DNA of 64,000 bases from Candidatus Marinacidobacterales bacterium (GTDB lineage: Bacteria > Acidobacteriota > Vicinamibacteria > Marinacidobacterales > DATDRI01): contig CBDCNP010000002.1 in NCBI GenBank assembly GCA_965219415.1, positions 3,968,001-4,032,000 on the forward strand, given 5' to 3'. The notes below the pieces were generated by a model that saw only the letters and a list, made by a program, of their open reading frames with translations, had not been told where the DNA came from and did not search any database. The position numbers and the translations under genes are program-made. Positions 33,478-43,644 of the stretch are shown one piece after another. The stretch's first letter is position 1. Each line of letters starts with the position of its first letter.

Positions 33478-34229
33478 TCTCGATTCGAACGACGTTTGCT
33501 TTGTCGCTTCTCGTGGCGGCTGGGCTTCACGCCGGTCCTCGGGCGGGCGCGGAAGAGTTGGACGGGAGTTGGCGATTGGTCTCCTACGACCGCCATGGAG
33601 ATCTCGATGTGAGTGGGTTGATGGTCATGGCCGACGGGCATTTTGCCTTCGCCTTCGACATGGCGTTGGACGGCAAGTCCATGCGCGGTCATGGGGGAAC
33701 GTACTCGGTGGAGGGTGACCGCCTGGTCTACACGGTGCCGTGGTGGGTCGAGCACGTAGCCGGCAAGAATCAAGTGATGGCCGAAGAGAGGAAGGCCCCG
33801 GGTCGCATCGAACGGGACGGGGACTCCCTGACGATGAACTTCGATGCCGGTACGGTTCAGAAATACAAGAAGAACCCGTCGGTCGCCGCAGATGGCCTGA
33901 CCGGAGCTTGGATGATGGAAAGCTACGAGGGGGGGGCGAAGACCGGCCCGGCCACAGGCGTTCTGGTCTTCGCGGATCGGACCTTTGCGCTCGCATACAC
34001 CATGAAGCCCTCGGATGGCACGCCCGATGGGCGAGCCCACGCCGGACCCTACGAGAGGGACGGCGAGTCCTTGAAGCTAACGCTCAACTGGTCCCTCCAC
34101 GTCGTCGGGGGCGAAACCACGCTCGAGGAGCCGGGCAACGTGCACGATCTAAACCTAAAGATCACAGGCGACACCCTGCGCCTCGGTTTCGGCGAGGGTG
34201 CTTCTATGACGTTTCGCCGGGCGAAATAG
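33474..34229 (+). CDS. Exported protein with two lipocalin-like domains; paralog of the upstream gene
   Basis: Same repeat; shares PWW.EHVAGK and DGRAH.G.Y.RDG with 32701-33477. Confidence 0.6.
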   Translation: MISIRTTFALSLLVAAGLHAGPRAGAEELDGSWRLVSYDRHGDLDVSGLMVMADGHFAFAFDMALDGKSMRGHGGTYSVEGDRLVYTVPWWVEHVAGKNQVMAEERKAPGRIERDGDSLTMNFDAGTVQKYKKNPSVAADGLTGAWMMESYEGGAKTGPATGVLVFADRTFALAYTMKPSDGTPDGRAHAGPYERDGESLKLTLNWSLHVVGGETTLEEPGNVHDLNLKITGDTLRLGFGEGASMTFRRAK

Positions 34230-34283
34230 GCTGGCGCGGGCTCACGCGCACGGCTACCGGTGCGCGATTAGGTGGCGGAGTCG

Positions 34284-35717
34284 TTACCGTTCAGACACGG
34301 CGTCTCGAAAACGCTCTTCGCTTTCGGCCACCGCGTAGGCCATGAACGCCATCGCCGCCAGGTTGCGTTTCACGGATTCGGCGTTCACCTTATCGAAGGT
34401 GTCCCCATCGCTATGATGGAAGATGAAATAGCGACTCGGGTCGTTTCGTAGGGCAATCGCCAGGACTCCCTTCTCCTCCAAGGGAGCTAGGTCCGGAGCC
34501 CATGCTTCGGGTGGTAGTCCGCCTGGGCCACCGTAATCCACCCACACCGCGCCAATCGGATCTAGAAACTGAGCCCACTGGCGAATGAGATCCAACGTCC
34601 TTCCCTGCTGGCTGACGCGGAATCCAACGGGATCGTCCGCGCCGGCGTCGGCCTCGATGGCGGCCACGTGACGCTCGAGCTCGTCCGAGCCCATGTCGGC
34701 ATAGCGCTTCGCGCCCGGTGCTCGGATCTCCTCGGTCATGAACAAGACCGTCCGGATGGTTCGGCGCGGCACGAGCCCCAGCTCCTTGAGAAGCCGTGGG
34801 GTCTCCATGGCGATCGCGGAGCCGACCGCGTCGTCGAAGGCTCCCGTCCCGAGATCCCAGGAGTCGAGATGCGCACCTACGACGACGATCTCGTCTGGTC
34901 GTTCCCGTCCTCGAATCTCGCCGATCACGTTGGCAGATTCCACCTCACCCTCCGGTCGACAGGTCATCACCAATCGCACGGTAGGTTTCTCACCGCTCGC
35001 TATCAGACGGTGGAGAAGATCACCGGCCTCGGTCGCCAAGGCAGCATGTGGGATACGCGGCACGTCGTCCACGTAGTACGTCGCGCCGGTGTGCGGCGTA
35101 CCCAAGCTGCCCGTCGCGAGGGAGCGAATCATGGATGCCGCCGCGCCGAGTTTCGCCGCCTCCACCGCGCCACGGCTTCGGTAGCGGATCTGCTCACCGT
35201 AGGCTTGAAGAGGGTGTACATCCGGCTTCAGCGGCGTGTGGTAGTAGACGATCTTGCCCTTCACCGCTTCGCCCAACCGCGAGAGCTCCTCGAAATTGGA
35301 GACTTCGATGATCTCGGCCGTGATCCCCTCCTCCGGTGTGCCCACGCTTCCCCCGAGCGCTGTCAAGGGCAATCTCTGTCGGCTAGGAGTCAAGAGCTCC
35401 CCGGTCTCGACACCTCGCACCCATTTCGGAACCGTCACCGGCTGGAGCGTGACGTTCTCGAACCCGTCCTTCTTCATCCGCTCCGCCGTCCACCGGACGG
35501 CTTCGGCTGCTTGAGGCGAGCCACTGAGCCGAGGGCCGATGACGTCAGTGAGATGCTTCAGTATTTCCATTGCGCGATCGTTGGTGTTTGCGGCGGCGAT
35601 GATTTGACGCGCAGCCGACTCGAGATCCCGCTCCGGAGGACGAGAGAGCGCGGCCGAGCCTGCGAAAATTGCGAGGGCCAAAGAAAAGTAGAGCGGCAAG
35701 CTGGAGCGAGACGTCAT
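34284..35717 (-). CDS. M28 family peptidase (carboxypeptidase Q-like, PA domain)
   Basis: IGPRLSGS, PHTG, AHLDSWD, GAFDD, TEE, EAD and HHSDGD motifs. Confidence 0.9.
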   Translation of the reverse strand: MTSRSSLPLYFSLALAIFAGSAALSRPPERDLESAARQIIAAANTNDRAMEILKHLTDVIGPRLSGSPQAAEAVRWTAERMKKDGFENVTLQPVTVPKWVRGVETGELLTPSRQRLPLTALGGSVGTPEEGITAEIIEVSNFEELSRLGEAVKGKIVYYHTPLKPDVHPLQAYGEQIRYRSRGAVEAAKLGAAASMIRSLATGSLGTPHTGATYYVDDVPRIPHAALATEAGDLLHRLIASGEKPTVRLVMTCRPEGEVESANVIGEIRGRERPDEIVVVGAHLDSWDLGTGAFDDAVGSAIAMETPRLLKELGLVPRRTIRTVLFMTEEIRAPGAKRYADMGSDELERHVAAIEADAGADDPVGFRVSQQGRTLDLIRQWAQFLDPIGAVWVDYGGPGGLPPEAWAPDLAPLEEKGVLAIALRNDPSRYFIFHHSDGDTFDKVNAESVKRNLAAMAFMAYAVAESEERFRDAVSER

Positions 35718-35732
35718 GTGACCTCCTTCAAA

Positions 35733-36710
35733 CTATTCGAAGCAACGGGCGAGCGCGCCCCGCTCGGTCCCGGAGAGTGGAAGCTCGAGAGCGCGGCGGC
35801 CTGCCTCCATCTGGTCGGGCGTTCTAGGGCCGAGCACGACGGCCGTCGTCGATGGATGGGAAAGAACCCAGGCGGTGGCGAGAGTCGCGGGGTCGGTTCC
35901 GCGAGCCTCCGCCGCCTTACAAAAAGCCTCAACGCCCTCGAACGTCTTCTCCTGAACCAGGTGGGCATACGCTTCCGGACGGAGGCTCATCCGCGAACCC
36001 TCCGGGTAGGCCTTCCCGGCTCGATACTTTCCCGTCAGCCAACCGCCGGCGAGCGGGCCGTAGGGCGTGAAGCCGAGATTCTGGTCTTTGCAAACCGCTA
36101 ACACCTCGGTATTTCGGATCCGGTCAAGGAGGTTGTAGGCATTCTGCACCCAATCGAATCGCACCAGTCCGTACTTGTCACTGATCCACAGGGCCCGGGT
36201 GAGGCGCCACCCTTCGATGTTGCTTGCACCGATGTAGTGAATCTTGCCCTGGTGAACCAGGTCGTCCAGCACGCCGAGCGTCTCTTCGAGGGGAGTGCGC
36301 GGGTCCGGCCCGTGAATGACGAACATATCCAGTCGCTCGACCCCAAGACGCCGAAGACTGATGTCGACCTGCCGCAGGATGTGTCCCCGCGATAGACCGC
36401 GATCGTTCGGCCCTTCGCCGACTGGCATCGAAGCTTTGGTGCTGATGAGGAGTTGGTCTCTCACCGATGCCGGTTGGGACTTGAGCCAGCGTCCGACGAT
36501 CGACTCGCTGTTTCCCGCTCCATAAACGTTCGCGGTGTCCAGGAAGTTGATTCCGGTCTCTACGGCGCGGTCCATCAGGGCAAAAGCTTGCTCTTCTGTC
36601 TCACCCATGCCCGCGAAGCTGGGATCGGATCCGATCCCACCGAAGTTGGCGCAGCCGAGACCGAGCCGTGAGACCTTGAGCCCGGTTCGTCCGAGAGAAA
36701 CGTAATCCAT
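35733..36710 (-). CDS. Aldo/keto reductase
   Basis: LGRTGLKVS, FLDTANVY, GASN and PLAGGWLTGKY motifs. Confidence 0.93.
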   Translation of the reverse strand: MDYVSLGRTGLKVSRLGLGCANFGGIGSDPSFAGMGETEEQAFALMDRAVETGINFLDTANVYGAGNSESIVGRWLKSQPASVRDQLLISTKASMPVGEGPNDRGLSRGHILRQVDISLRRLGVERLDMFVIHGPDPRTPLEETLGVLDDLVHQGKIHYIGASNIEGWRLTRALWISDKYGLVRFDWVQNAYNLLDRIRNTEVLAVCKDQNLGFTPYGPLAGGWLTGKYRAGKAYPEGSRMSLRPEAYAHLVQEKTFEGVEAFCKAAEARGTDPATLATAWVLSHPSTTAVVLGPRTPDQMEAGRRALELPLSGTERGALARCFE

Positions 36711-36719
36711 GTCCGATAG

Positions 36720-38024
36720 CTACTTTTGCGGTTTTTGCCCTTCGAAAGGGCTCCCCTTGAACGAAAGGACCAGCATCAAACCCGCCGAAGTCAGCAACGC
36801 GACCAGATATCCTGCCAGTACCCATTGATAGGAGCCGAGATGGTCGAAGCCCAATCCCATGAGAAGAGGACCGCACATCCACCCCACGACGTACACCGCC
36901 ACCACGTAACCGTAGATCTCGGCAAACGATCGAAGACCGAAGTATTGGGTTACCAGATAAGGGATGAGGCTGTCCGAGCTCGACGCGATCCCGACCAGAA
37001 AGGCGCCGGCAAACGCGAGAGTGCCAACGGCTCCGCTCCATAGCAAGAATATTCCGAGGCCCGCGATCGCAAACAGCGAGGCGCCCAAGTAGGGTGCGAA
37101 GAACCGGTCCAGGAGGTAGCCCACGGTGAGTCGTCCTACCAGGGTCGCACCGCCGAGGACCGACGCGGTCAATGCGGCATCGCGGGTCGATACGCCGCGA
37201 TCGGTGAGCATCGGCACGAGGTGGGTCATGACCCCGACGACGCTCGTCGCAAGGAGTAGGAAAGCTGGAGCCATCAACCAGAAGGTGATGCTCAGTCGAG
37301 CCTCCGCAGCCGGAACGCCCTCCTCCTCCTCCTCCTCCTCCTTCTCGGTCTCGCTGTCGAGCGTTTCAGATGCGTCGCCGTCCGGTAGAAGACCCTTCTC
37401 CTGGGGGGTTTCCTTGAGCAAGATCGCCACGACAGGGATCGTCACCGAGATCACCATGAGTCCGATGATGACGTAGGCCTGGCGCCAACCGAAGCTCGCG
37501 ATGAGGCTATTGGCCAAAGAGGGCATGAAAAAGGCGCTCACGCCGTTTCCGCTCAGAGCGAGTCCGAACGCCAAGCCGCGCCTCCGCTTGAACCAACGGC
37601 TCAGTACGCTGAAATAGAGCATCGAGGTCGTTCCTCCCCCGACGATCCCGATGACTACATAGACGGCGTACAAGTGCCAAAGGTTCGGCGTCAAGGCAGA
37701 GAGGGAGCCAAAACCGAGGCCGAACAGCAAAAGCGCCGGCAAGAGGATTTTCCTCGCGCCGAGTCTGTCGACCAGTCGGCCAATGAACGGCTGCGCGGCG
37801 CCGTAACTGAGCATGGCCAGCGAATACGCGGCGGAGATCTCGCCGCGACTCCATTGAAACGCCTCGGCGAGCTGATTGAAGAAAACGCCGAACGTGAAGG
37901 TGACGACCGGGCCATAGCACATGAAGAGCCCGATCGCGGCCGAGAGAACGACCCACCAGCCGTAGAAGATCTTTCCTCGAGGCGCCCCCGGGGAGGGCGG
38001 TTCCGGCTCGGACGTCTTTGTCAT
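36720..38024 (-). CDS. MFS transporter
   Basis: FYGWWVV, GRLVDRLGAR and WFKRRRGLA motifs; about 12 TM segments. Confidence 0.92.
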   Translation of the reverse strand: MTKTSEPEPPSPGAPRGKIFYGWWVVLSAAIGLFMCYGPVVTFTFGVFFNQLAEAFQWSRGEISAAYSLAMLSYGAAQPFIGRLVDRLGARKILLPALLLFGLGFGSLSALTPNLWHLYAVYVVIGIVGGGTTSMLYFSVLSRWFKRRRGLAFGLALSGNGVSAFFMPSLANSLIASFGWRQAYVIIGLMVISVTIPVVAILLKETPQEKGLLPDGDASETLDSETEKEEEEEEEGVPAAEARLSITFWLMAPAFLLLATSVVGVMTHLVPMLTDRGVSTRDAALTASVLGGATLVGRLTVGYLLDRFFAPYLGASLFAIAGLGIFLLWSGAVGTLAFAGAFLVGIASSSDSLIPYLVTQYFGLRSFAEIYGYVVAVYVVGWMCGPLLMGLGFDHLGSYQWVLAGYLVALLTSAGLMLVLSFKGSPFEGQKPQK

Positions 38025-38120
38025 TTCGACCTCGAGACAACCGTCGTCGCTAGATAGGCGGCGCGGACTTCGGGGAGTTTATCAGATAGGATACGAGAGC
38101 TCAGAAACGGAGGTGGGCGC

Positions 38121-38609
38121 ATGTTGAACCGCTTGAGAAAACTGTTAGGAAGTCTTGCCCTGATACTCCTCTTGTTCCCGGCCTTGTGCCAGGCTCAGTC
38201 CGAAGAGAAGGGGGTTCTTGCCGCCGTGCAACGCTTCTTTGACGCCGATGCGGCGAAGGATGCGGAAGGTGCGCGAGAGGTCATGATGCCGGAAGGGTGT
38301 TTCTTCTCCGTCCGTACGGAAGGTGACCAGAAGGTCGTCCGCAGCTTCACTATTAAGGAGTATCTCGACGAGCTCCCGGCGCGCGCGGAAACCGTGCGCG
38401 AACGGATTTGGGAGCCGACGGTGCTGATCCATCAGGAAATCGCGGTGGTGTGGACGCGCTACGATTTCTATCGAGACGGACGGTTTAGCAACTGCGGTAT
38501 CGATTCCTGGAATCTCATCAAAACGCCCGAGGGCTGGAAAATCTCGGGAGGCAGTTATACGGTGGAGCGCATGGATTGTCCCGAAAGTCCGCTGGGTCCT
38601 CCAGACTGA
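38121..38609 (+). CDS. Exported NTF2/SnoaL-like protein
   Basis: Signal peptide; IAVVWTRYDF...CGID..NL.KT..GWKI. Confidence 0.75.
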   Translation: MLNRLRKLLGSLALILLLFPALCQAQSEEKGVLAAVQRFFDADAAKDAEGAREVMMPEGCFFSVRTEGDQKVVRSFTIKEYLDELPARAETVRERIWEPTVLIHQEIAVVWTRYDFYRDGRFSNCGIDSWNLIKTPEGWKISGGSYTVERMDCPESPLGPPD

Positions 38610-38620
38610 GGGCCCCTCCC

Positions 38621-40036
38621 CTACTCGGAGGTCGGCTCAGGCATGTGTTCGTGCCGGGGAATCACCACCTGCCCGTTTCGTAGAACGAGCTCACCATCTC
38701 GAATCACCAGATTGACGTTGGCCAAATCCTCGAGGCGTTGGTCGGGCTCGCCATCCACCACCAAGACGTCGGCCAGCTTGCCTCGCTCCAGAGTTCCGAG
38801 CCTGTCGTCCATGTCCAGGATCTCGGCGCTCGTCCGGGTCGCAGCGACCAACGCGCCGGGTACGGTGTACCCGACCGCCACTAATTGCTTGAGCTCCGTA
38901 ATATAGGCGCCGGGAAGGAGGCGATACCAATCGAACGGTAGATCCGCGCCGACTCCTATCTTGATGCCCGCTTGCTTCATTTTTCGCAGCACTTCCAGAT
39001 TGGCTTCGTGGGAAAACGTAAAGCGCCGGGATGTCGCGCCGTGGTAGCCACCCCACAACGCAAAGACATACATATAAGGCACCAGGGTCGGTACGGCGGC
39101 GGTCCCGTTCGCCGCCATCATTTCGATGACGTCGTCCGACCGCGGTAACGGGTGCTCGATGTCGTCGGCGCCGGCCTCCACCGCCCACCGGATATAGAAG
39201 GTTTCCGCATCCACGGCGACCTTGAGTCCCAAAGCGTGAGCCTCGTCCACCGCCGCTTGGATCTCGTCCGGGGAGAAATGACTCATGAGCTTGATGACGT
39301 CGGCACCGGCCTTGAACTGCTCACGAACAGCCTCCCGCCAACCGTCGGGGCCGGAGGCTTCGATGACGGCGCCGTAAGCCGCGTTAAACGGGCTCAGCCG
39401 TTCCGCCCCGTGGCCGCCGGTACCGGTAATTGCCTGTCCGGACGGAAAAATACGTGGGCCGATGAGACGGCGATCCCGAACCCATCGCTTCAACTGAAAC
39501 GGGACCGTTCCGTGCGAGCTCACATCCCTGACGCTCGTGATCCCACTCTCGATGTAGTAACGCAGCCGTTCTATCGCCCGTAGCGTTTGGTGTGCGGGAT
39601 CGAGAGCATCGGTGATCGATGCCTCCGCCGACGCGGAATCCCCCGGCGGTCGGGCGAGGTACGTGAGATGGCCGTGTAGATCGATGAGCCCCGGAAGCAC
39701 GGTCTGACCGGTCACATCGATGACCTGCGCATCCGACGGCCAAGTTTCGTCTTGCGGCGAGAGCACTCCCGAGATTCGATTTCGCTCGATGACGACGGTC
39801 GCTTCACGCGCGGGCGCGCCGGTGCCATCAAACACGCGCCCCCCCCGCAGGACGAAGCTACCCTCGGGACCGCGCGGCCCGGCGGCGACGGGAATGCGGC
39901 GAGGGTCATCGGACACCGGCGAACCGGCTTCGATGTAGCGACGGCGATCCTCGGAACGCTCTTGGGCCGCCGCGATGGAAGGAAGTTGCAATAGGACAAG
40001 GATGGCAACCGTGACGGTTCGAATCAGTGCGGTCAT
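38621..40036 (-). CDS. Exported metal-dependent amidohydrolase
   Basis: PGLIDLHGH, GITSVRD, EHP, GAD and GTLERGKLAD motifs. Start at MTALIR after GGAGG. Confidence 0.88.
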   Translation of the reverse strand: MTALIRTVTVAILVLLQLPSIAAAQERSEDRRRYIEAGSPVSDDPRRIPVAAGPRGPEGSFVLRGGRVFDGTGAPAREATVVIERNRISGVLSPQDETWPSDAQVIDVTGQTVLPGLIDLHGHLTYLARPPGDSASAEASITDALDPAHQTLRAIERLRYYIESGITSVRDVSSHGTVPFQLKRWVRDRRLIGPRIFPSGQAITGTGGHGAERLSPFNAAYGAVIEASGPDGWREAVREQFKAGADVIKLMSHFSPDEIQAAVDEAHALGLKVAVDAETFYIRWAVEAGADDIEHPLPRSDDVIEMMAANGTAAVPTLVPYMYVFALWGGYHGATSRRFTFSHEANLEVLRKMKQAGIKIGVGADLPFDWYRLLPGAYITELKQLVAVGYTVPGALVAATRTSAEILDMDDRLGTLERGKLADVLVVDGEPDQRLEDLANVNLVIRDGELVLRNGQVVIPRHEHMPEPTSE

Positions 40037-40090
40037 AACGACACCTCCGGCTTCAAGGGAATGACAATCCGGGTGCTGCAACCTCACGTT

Positions 40091-41479
40091 TTACTCTATA
40101 AGCTTCTCCCGCACCACTCTCCCATCGGCGATCACCAACCGCATCTATTGCAGGTTCTGAATGTCCACCAAGGGGTTCGCAGCGACCACAAGTAGATCCG
40201 CGAGTTTCCCTTTTTCCAGGGTTCCTAGTTTGTCGCCCATGTCCAAGATCTCTGCCCCCAGCGACGTAGCGCTGGCGAAGACTTCTCGGTCGGTGTAACC
40301 CGCCTTCTTCAAAAGACCAAGCTCCACAAAGTAGTCACTCGGGTAGCGCTTCTCGTTCTCGAACGGGATATCCGTTCCCACTCCGACCTTGATCCCGAGC
40401 TCGCGGGCCTTCCGGACCGGCTCAATGATATTCTCACTCGTCAGCGGATAGCGACGCGACATCGTAAAGTAGAAGCTTCCCTTCACGATCCCGGCCGATG
40501 GATACCCGTAGTGCAGCATGTTGTAGTAGGCGGTGATCGTGGGTACAAACCTCGTGCCGTTCTTGGCCATGACTTCAAGCGTTTCATCCGAGAGCGCCAA
40601 GGGGTGCTCCAGGGTGTCGAGACCGGCTTCCGACGCCCAATCGATATATTCTCCGAACGCATCGGCCGCAACCGGAATCCCGTGCATGTGGGCTTCGTCA
40701 ATCGCGGCGGTGACCTCCTCGCGCGTGTACGGTGAGGTCAATTTGATCCAGTCGGCGTGCATTCGGATCTGTTCTCGGACCGCGAGTCGCCAGTCATCGG
40801 CGCCGTTCGCCGCCCGGACGAATGGGCTGGTCGCCATGCTTTCCGGGCCTCCCGCACCCACCGATGTGATCTCATCGGTATGACCTCCTCGTGAAACGAT
40901 GATCTTGCCGCTCCAAAAAACGCGCGGGCCGTCGAAGATTCGTCGCTCTACTGCTTCCTTGATCTTTAGCGCGACGTCATTGGTGGAGCCGACATCCCGC
41001 ACCGCGGTAATACCTCCGTCCAGAAACTGGCCCAGGAGTTTGACCCCGCGGATGGCGGTCGCGGCGTCCGAGTCGCGATACCTCTTAAAGTCCTCGCCGC
41101 GTTCTTGAAAAAAGTGCATGTGAAGGTCGATGAGCCCGGGGACGACATAAAGTCCGCTCACATCGATCGTCCTTTGAACGCCATCGGGAATAGCAACCCT
41201 CCCTACTGGGCCGACGTCCAGGATACGGTCGCCTTGGATGACCAGCGCCGAGTTTGTCAGCGGCTCGGCTCCGGTGCCATCGATGAGGGTTCCTCCTCGT
41301 AGAACGACGATGGGATCGTTGGAGCGGTCTCGGGGCGGGATAGGGACCCGACGGGGATCGTCGGTCGTCGTCAGCCCCTCTTGTCGGTGCTTGTACTGGG
41401 CGTACACGAGATCACCGCTCGCAACGATGAAAACGACTAGGCTCACCGCGAAATGCCGCATAACCAGCTCGGGTTTCAT
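40091..41479 (-). CDS. Exported amidohydrolase with an in-frame TAG at 40145-40147
   Basis: PGLIDLHMH, GITAVRD, GTD and GTLEKGKLAD motifs. The homologous tail MRLVIADGRVV continues in frame after the TAG. Confidence 0.8.
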
Positions 41480-41599
41480 AACGAACCTTCCTTTCTCGTA
41501 TGTTTGAACTCGTCTATCGCGGGTAGACGGGCGTTCTCTCGAACACCCTGTTTCGGTGTGGCAGTGTCCCATCGGTCGCAATCCCTTGCAATCGCCGAC

Positions 41600-41629
41600 T
41601 TGACACGATGGGAAGAAGAACTCTATTCT
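41600..41629 (+). promoter_or_regulatory. Putative sigma70 promoter (TTGACA-N18-TATTCT)
   Basis: Consensus-like hexamers about 70 bp upstream of the M28 start. Confidence 0.4.
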
Positions 41630-41697
41630 CTGCGGACCACGACCGGCCCCATCTAAAGCGCTTCTGGGCACCTCTGAGCTGGGTGAAGGAGAACAAA

Positions 41698-43155
41698 ATG
41701 AATACCAATCGTTTGCTGTTGTCGTTCGCGATCATCACCGCTTGTGTCACTCATGCGCGCGCCCAGTCTTTAAAAGAAGTGGCTGACCGCATTATCGCGG
41801 CTTCCGAGAGCAACACTGAGGCACTCCAAAATCTGCAATACCTCAGCGATTGGATCGGCCCTCGTTTGACCGGCTCCGAGCAGGCCGCGGAGGCGGTCGA
41901 GTGGGCCGCCGAGAAGATGCGGAAAGACGGTCTCGAGAACGTCAGGCTTCAGCCGGTAACCGTGCCGCGATGGGTTCGAGGCACGGAGACCGGAGAGCTA
42001 CTCAGTCCATCTCGACAGAAAATGCCGCTCATCGGATTGGGAGGCACGGTGGGCACGCCGCCGGAAGGTATCACCGCCGAGGTTGTAGAAGTCTCGACCT
42101 ACGATGAGCTGGCCGAACTCGGAGACGAGGCCAAGGGGAAGATCATTTACTACCACACGCCTCTCAACCCCCGGCTACATCCGATGGATGCCTATGGCGC
42201 CGCCATCCGTTATCGCAGTCGGGGAGCGGTGGAGGCCGCGCGGTACGGTGCGGTCGCTTCGATGATCCGTTCCTTCGGCACGCGAAGCTTTGGTACGCCG
42301 CACACCGGAGGCACGTACTATTCGGATGATGTCCCGCCTATTCCCCACGTCGCCTTGGCCACCGAGGCCGGGGACTTGATCCATCGCCTGGTGGCTGCCG
42401 GCGAGACGCCGAAGATGCGGCTCGTCGTCACTAGCCGGCCGGAAGATGATGTGGAGTCGGCCAATGTCATCGGGGAGCTTCCCGGAAGGTCGGCTCCAGA
42501 GGAGATCGTGGTGATCGCCGCGCACCTCGATTCCTGGGACGTCGGGACCGGCACCATCGATGCGGGCTTTGCATGCGCCATTGCCATGGAGGTACCGCGT
42601 CTACTCAAAGAGCTGGGCCTGGTGCCCCGCCGAACCATCCGCACGGTGTTGACGATGACGGAGGAGTTGGGAAATCTGGGCGCCAAACGCTATGCGGACT
42701 CATTGAGTGACGAGGAGCTCCGCGCCCATGTTGCAGGGATCGAAGGCGATGCCGGCCCCGATCAGCCCTGGGGGTTCCGGGTCACCCGCGGCGATGCGGC
42801 GGGTGGTACGCGAGGAAGATCACTTGACGGCGCCGACCCCATCGCGAAAAAAATGTTCGCCGCGGTTCAGAAGTGGGCGCAGTTCTTAGAGCCTGTCGGG
42901 GCCACTTGGGTAGACTACGGAGGCATTGAAGGTTCTGGTCCCGATATCGTTCCTCTGGCTCGAAGAGGCGTGCCGGCGATTTCCATGCGCAACGACCAGT
43001 CCCGCTACTTGCACATCCATCACACCGATGGCGACACGTTCGACAAGATCGACCCCCAGAGCTTTCGGCGTAACCTGGCATCGATTGCCTTCATGGCCTA
43101 CGCCCTTGCCGAAAGCGAGGATCTCTCGGAGTCTGGTACGACTAGTGGACAGTAG
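41698..43155 (+). CDS. M28 family peptidase; paralog of 34284-35717
   Basis: IGPRLTGS, AHLDSWD, TEE, EGD and HHTDGD motifs. Start at MNTNR after AAGGAG. Confidence 0.88.
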   Translation: MNTNRLLLSFAIITACVTHARAQSLKEVADRIIAASESNTEALQNLQYLSDWIGPRLTGSEQAAEAVEWAAEKMRKDGLENVRLQPVTVPRWVRGTETGELLSPSRQKMPLIGLGGTVGTPPEGITAEVVEVSTYDELAELGDEAKGKIIYYHTPLNPRLHPMDAYGAAIRYRSRGAVEAARYGAVASMIRSFGTRSFGTPHTGGTYYSDDVPPIPHVALATEAGDLIHRLVAAGETPKMRLVVTSRPEDDVESANVIGELPGRSAPEEIVVIAAHLDSWDVGTGTIDAGFACAIAMEVPRLLKELGLVPRRTIRTVLTMTEELGNLGAKRYADSLSDEELRAHVAGIEGDAGPDQPWGFRVTRGDAAGGTRGRSLDGADPIAKKMFAAVQKWAQFLEPVGATWVDYGGIEGSGPDIVPLARRGVPAISMRNDQSRYLHIHHTDGDTFDKIDPQSFRRNLASIAFMAYALAESEDLSESGTTSGQ

Positions 43156-43208
43156 AATTCCCTCGGTAAGAGTGTCGAGGATCTTGAAGCCATAAAGGAG
43201 GCACAAAG

Positions 43209-43628
43209 ATGAAGAGACTCGTTGGCTTGCTCCTGCTGCTCGCGATGGCATCCGTCGGCTCAGTGGTCGCAGACGGTCAGGATTTGGTTGGGGTGTGGAA
43301 GCCGCTCAACTACCACATCGCGGGGAAGGATCACCCTATGGAGGGACTCTTCATCTTCACCGAGAACCACTTCGCAACCAACGTCCGCTATCAACAAACG
43401 AGCATGGAGCTTGATGACAGCAACGCGAACGCAGGCACCTACCGTACCGAAGGTAACAAGTTGCTTTTAACCTCCGACCTCGCTGCCCACATTCGTCCCG
43501 GCAAGAAGGAAGAGCCCATCCACTACAATCGAGGCGGCGTGGACGCGTCGACGTACGAAATCAAAGGGGACAAGCTCATCATCACGTTCCCGTCGAAAAA
43601 TCGATACGAAGCGGAACGGGTGAAATAA
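43209..43628 (+). CDS. Exported single-domain lipocalin-like protein
   Basis: Signal peptide; LVGVW, GLFIF, AGTY..EG.KL and YEIKGDKLII motifs. Confidence 0.6.
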   Translation: MKRLVGLLLLLAMASVGSVVADGQDLVGVWKPLNYHIAGKDHPMEGLFIFTENHFATNVRYQQTSMELDDSNANAGTYRTEGNKLLLTSDLAAHIRPGKKEEPIHYNRGGVDASTYEIKGDKLIITFPSKNRYEAERVK

Positions 43629-43644
43629 CACGCTTGTTTCCTTG

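Noticed and set aside
37320-37341. (TCC)n run encoding poly-Glu in the MFS central loop
   Set aside because: It is an in-frame low-complexity linker and cannot cause phase variation.
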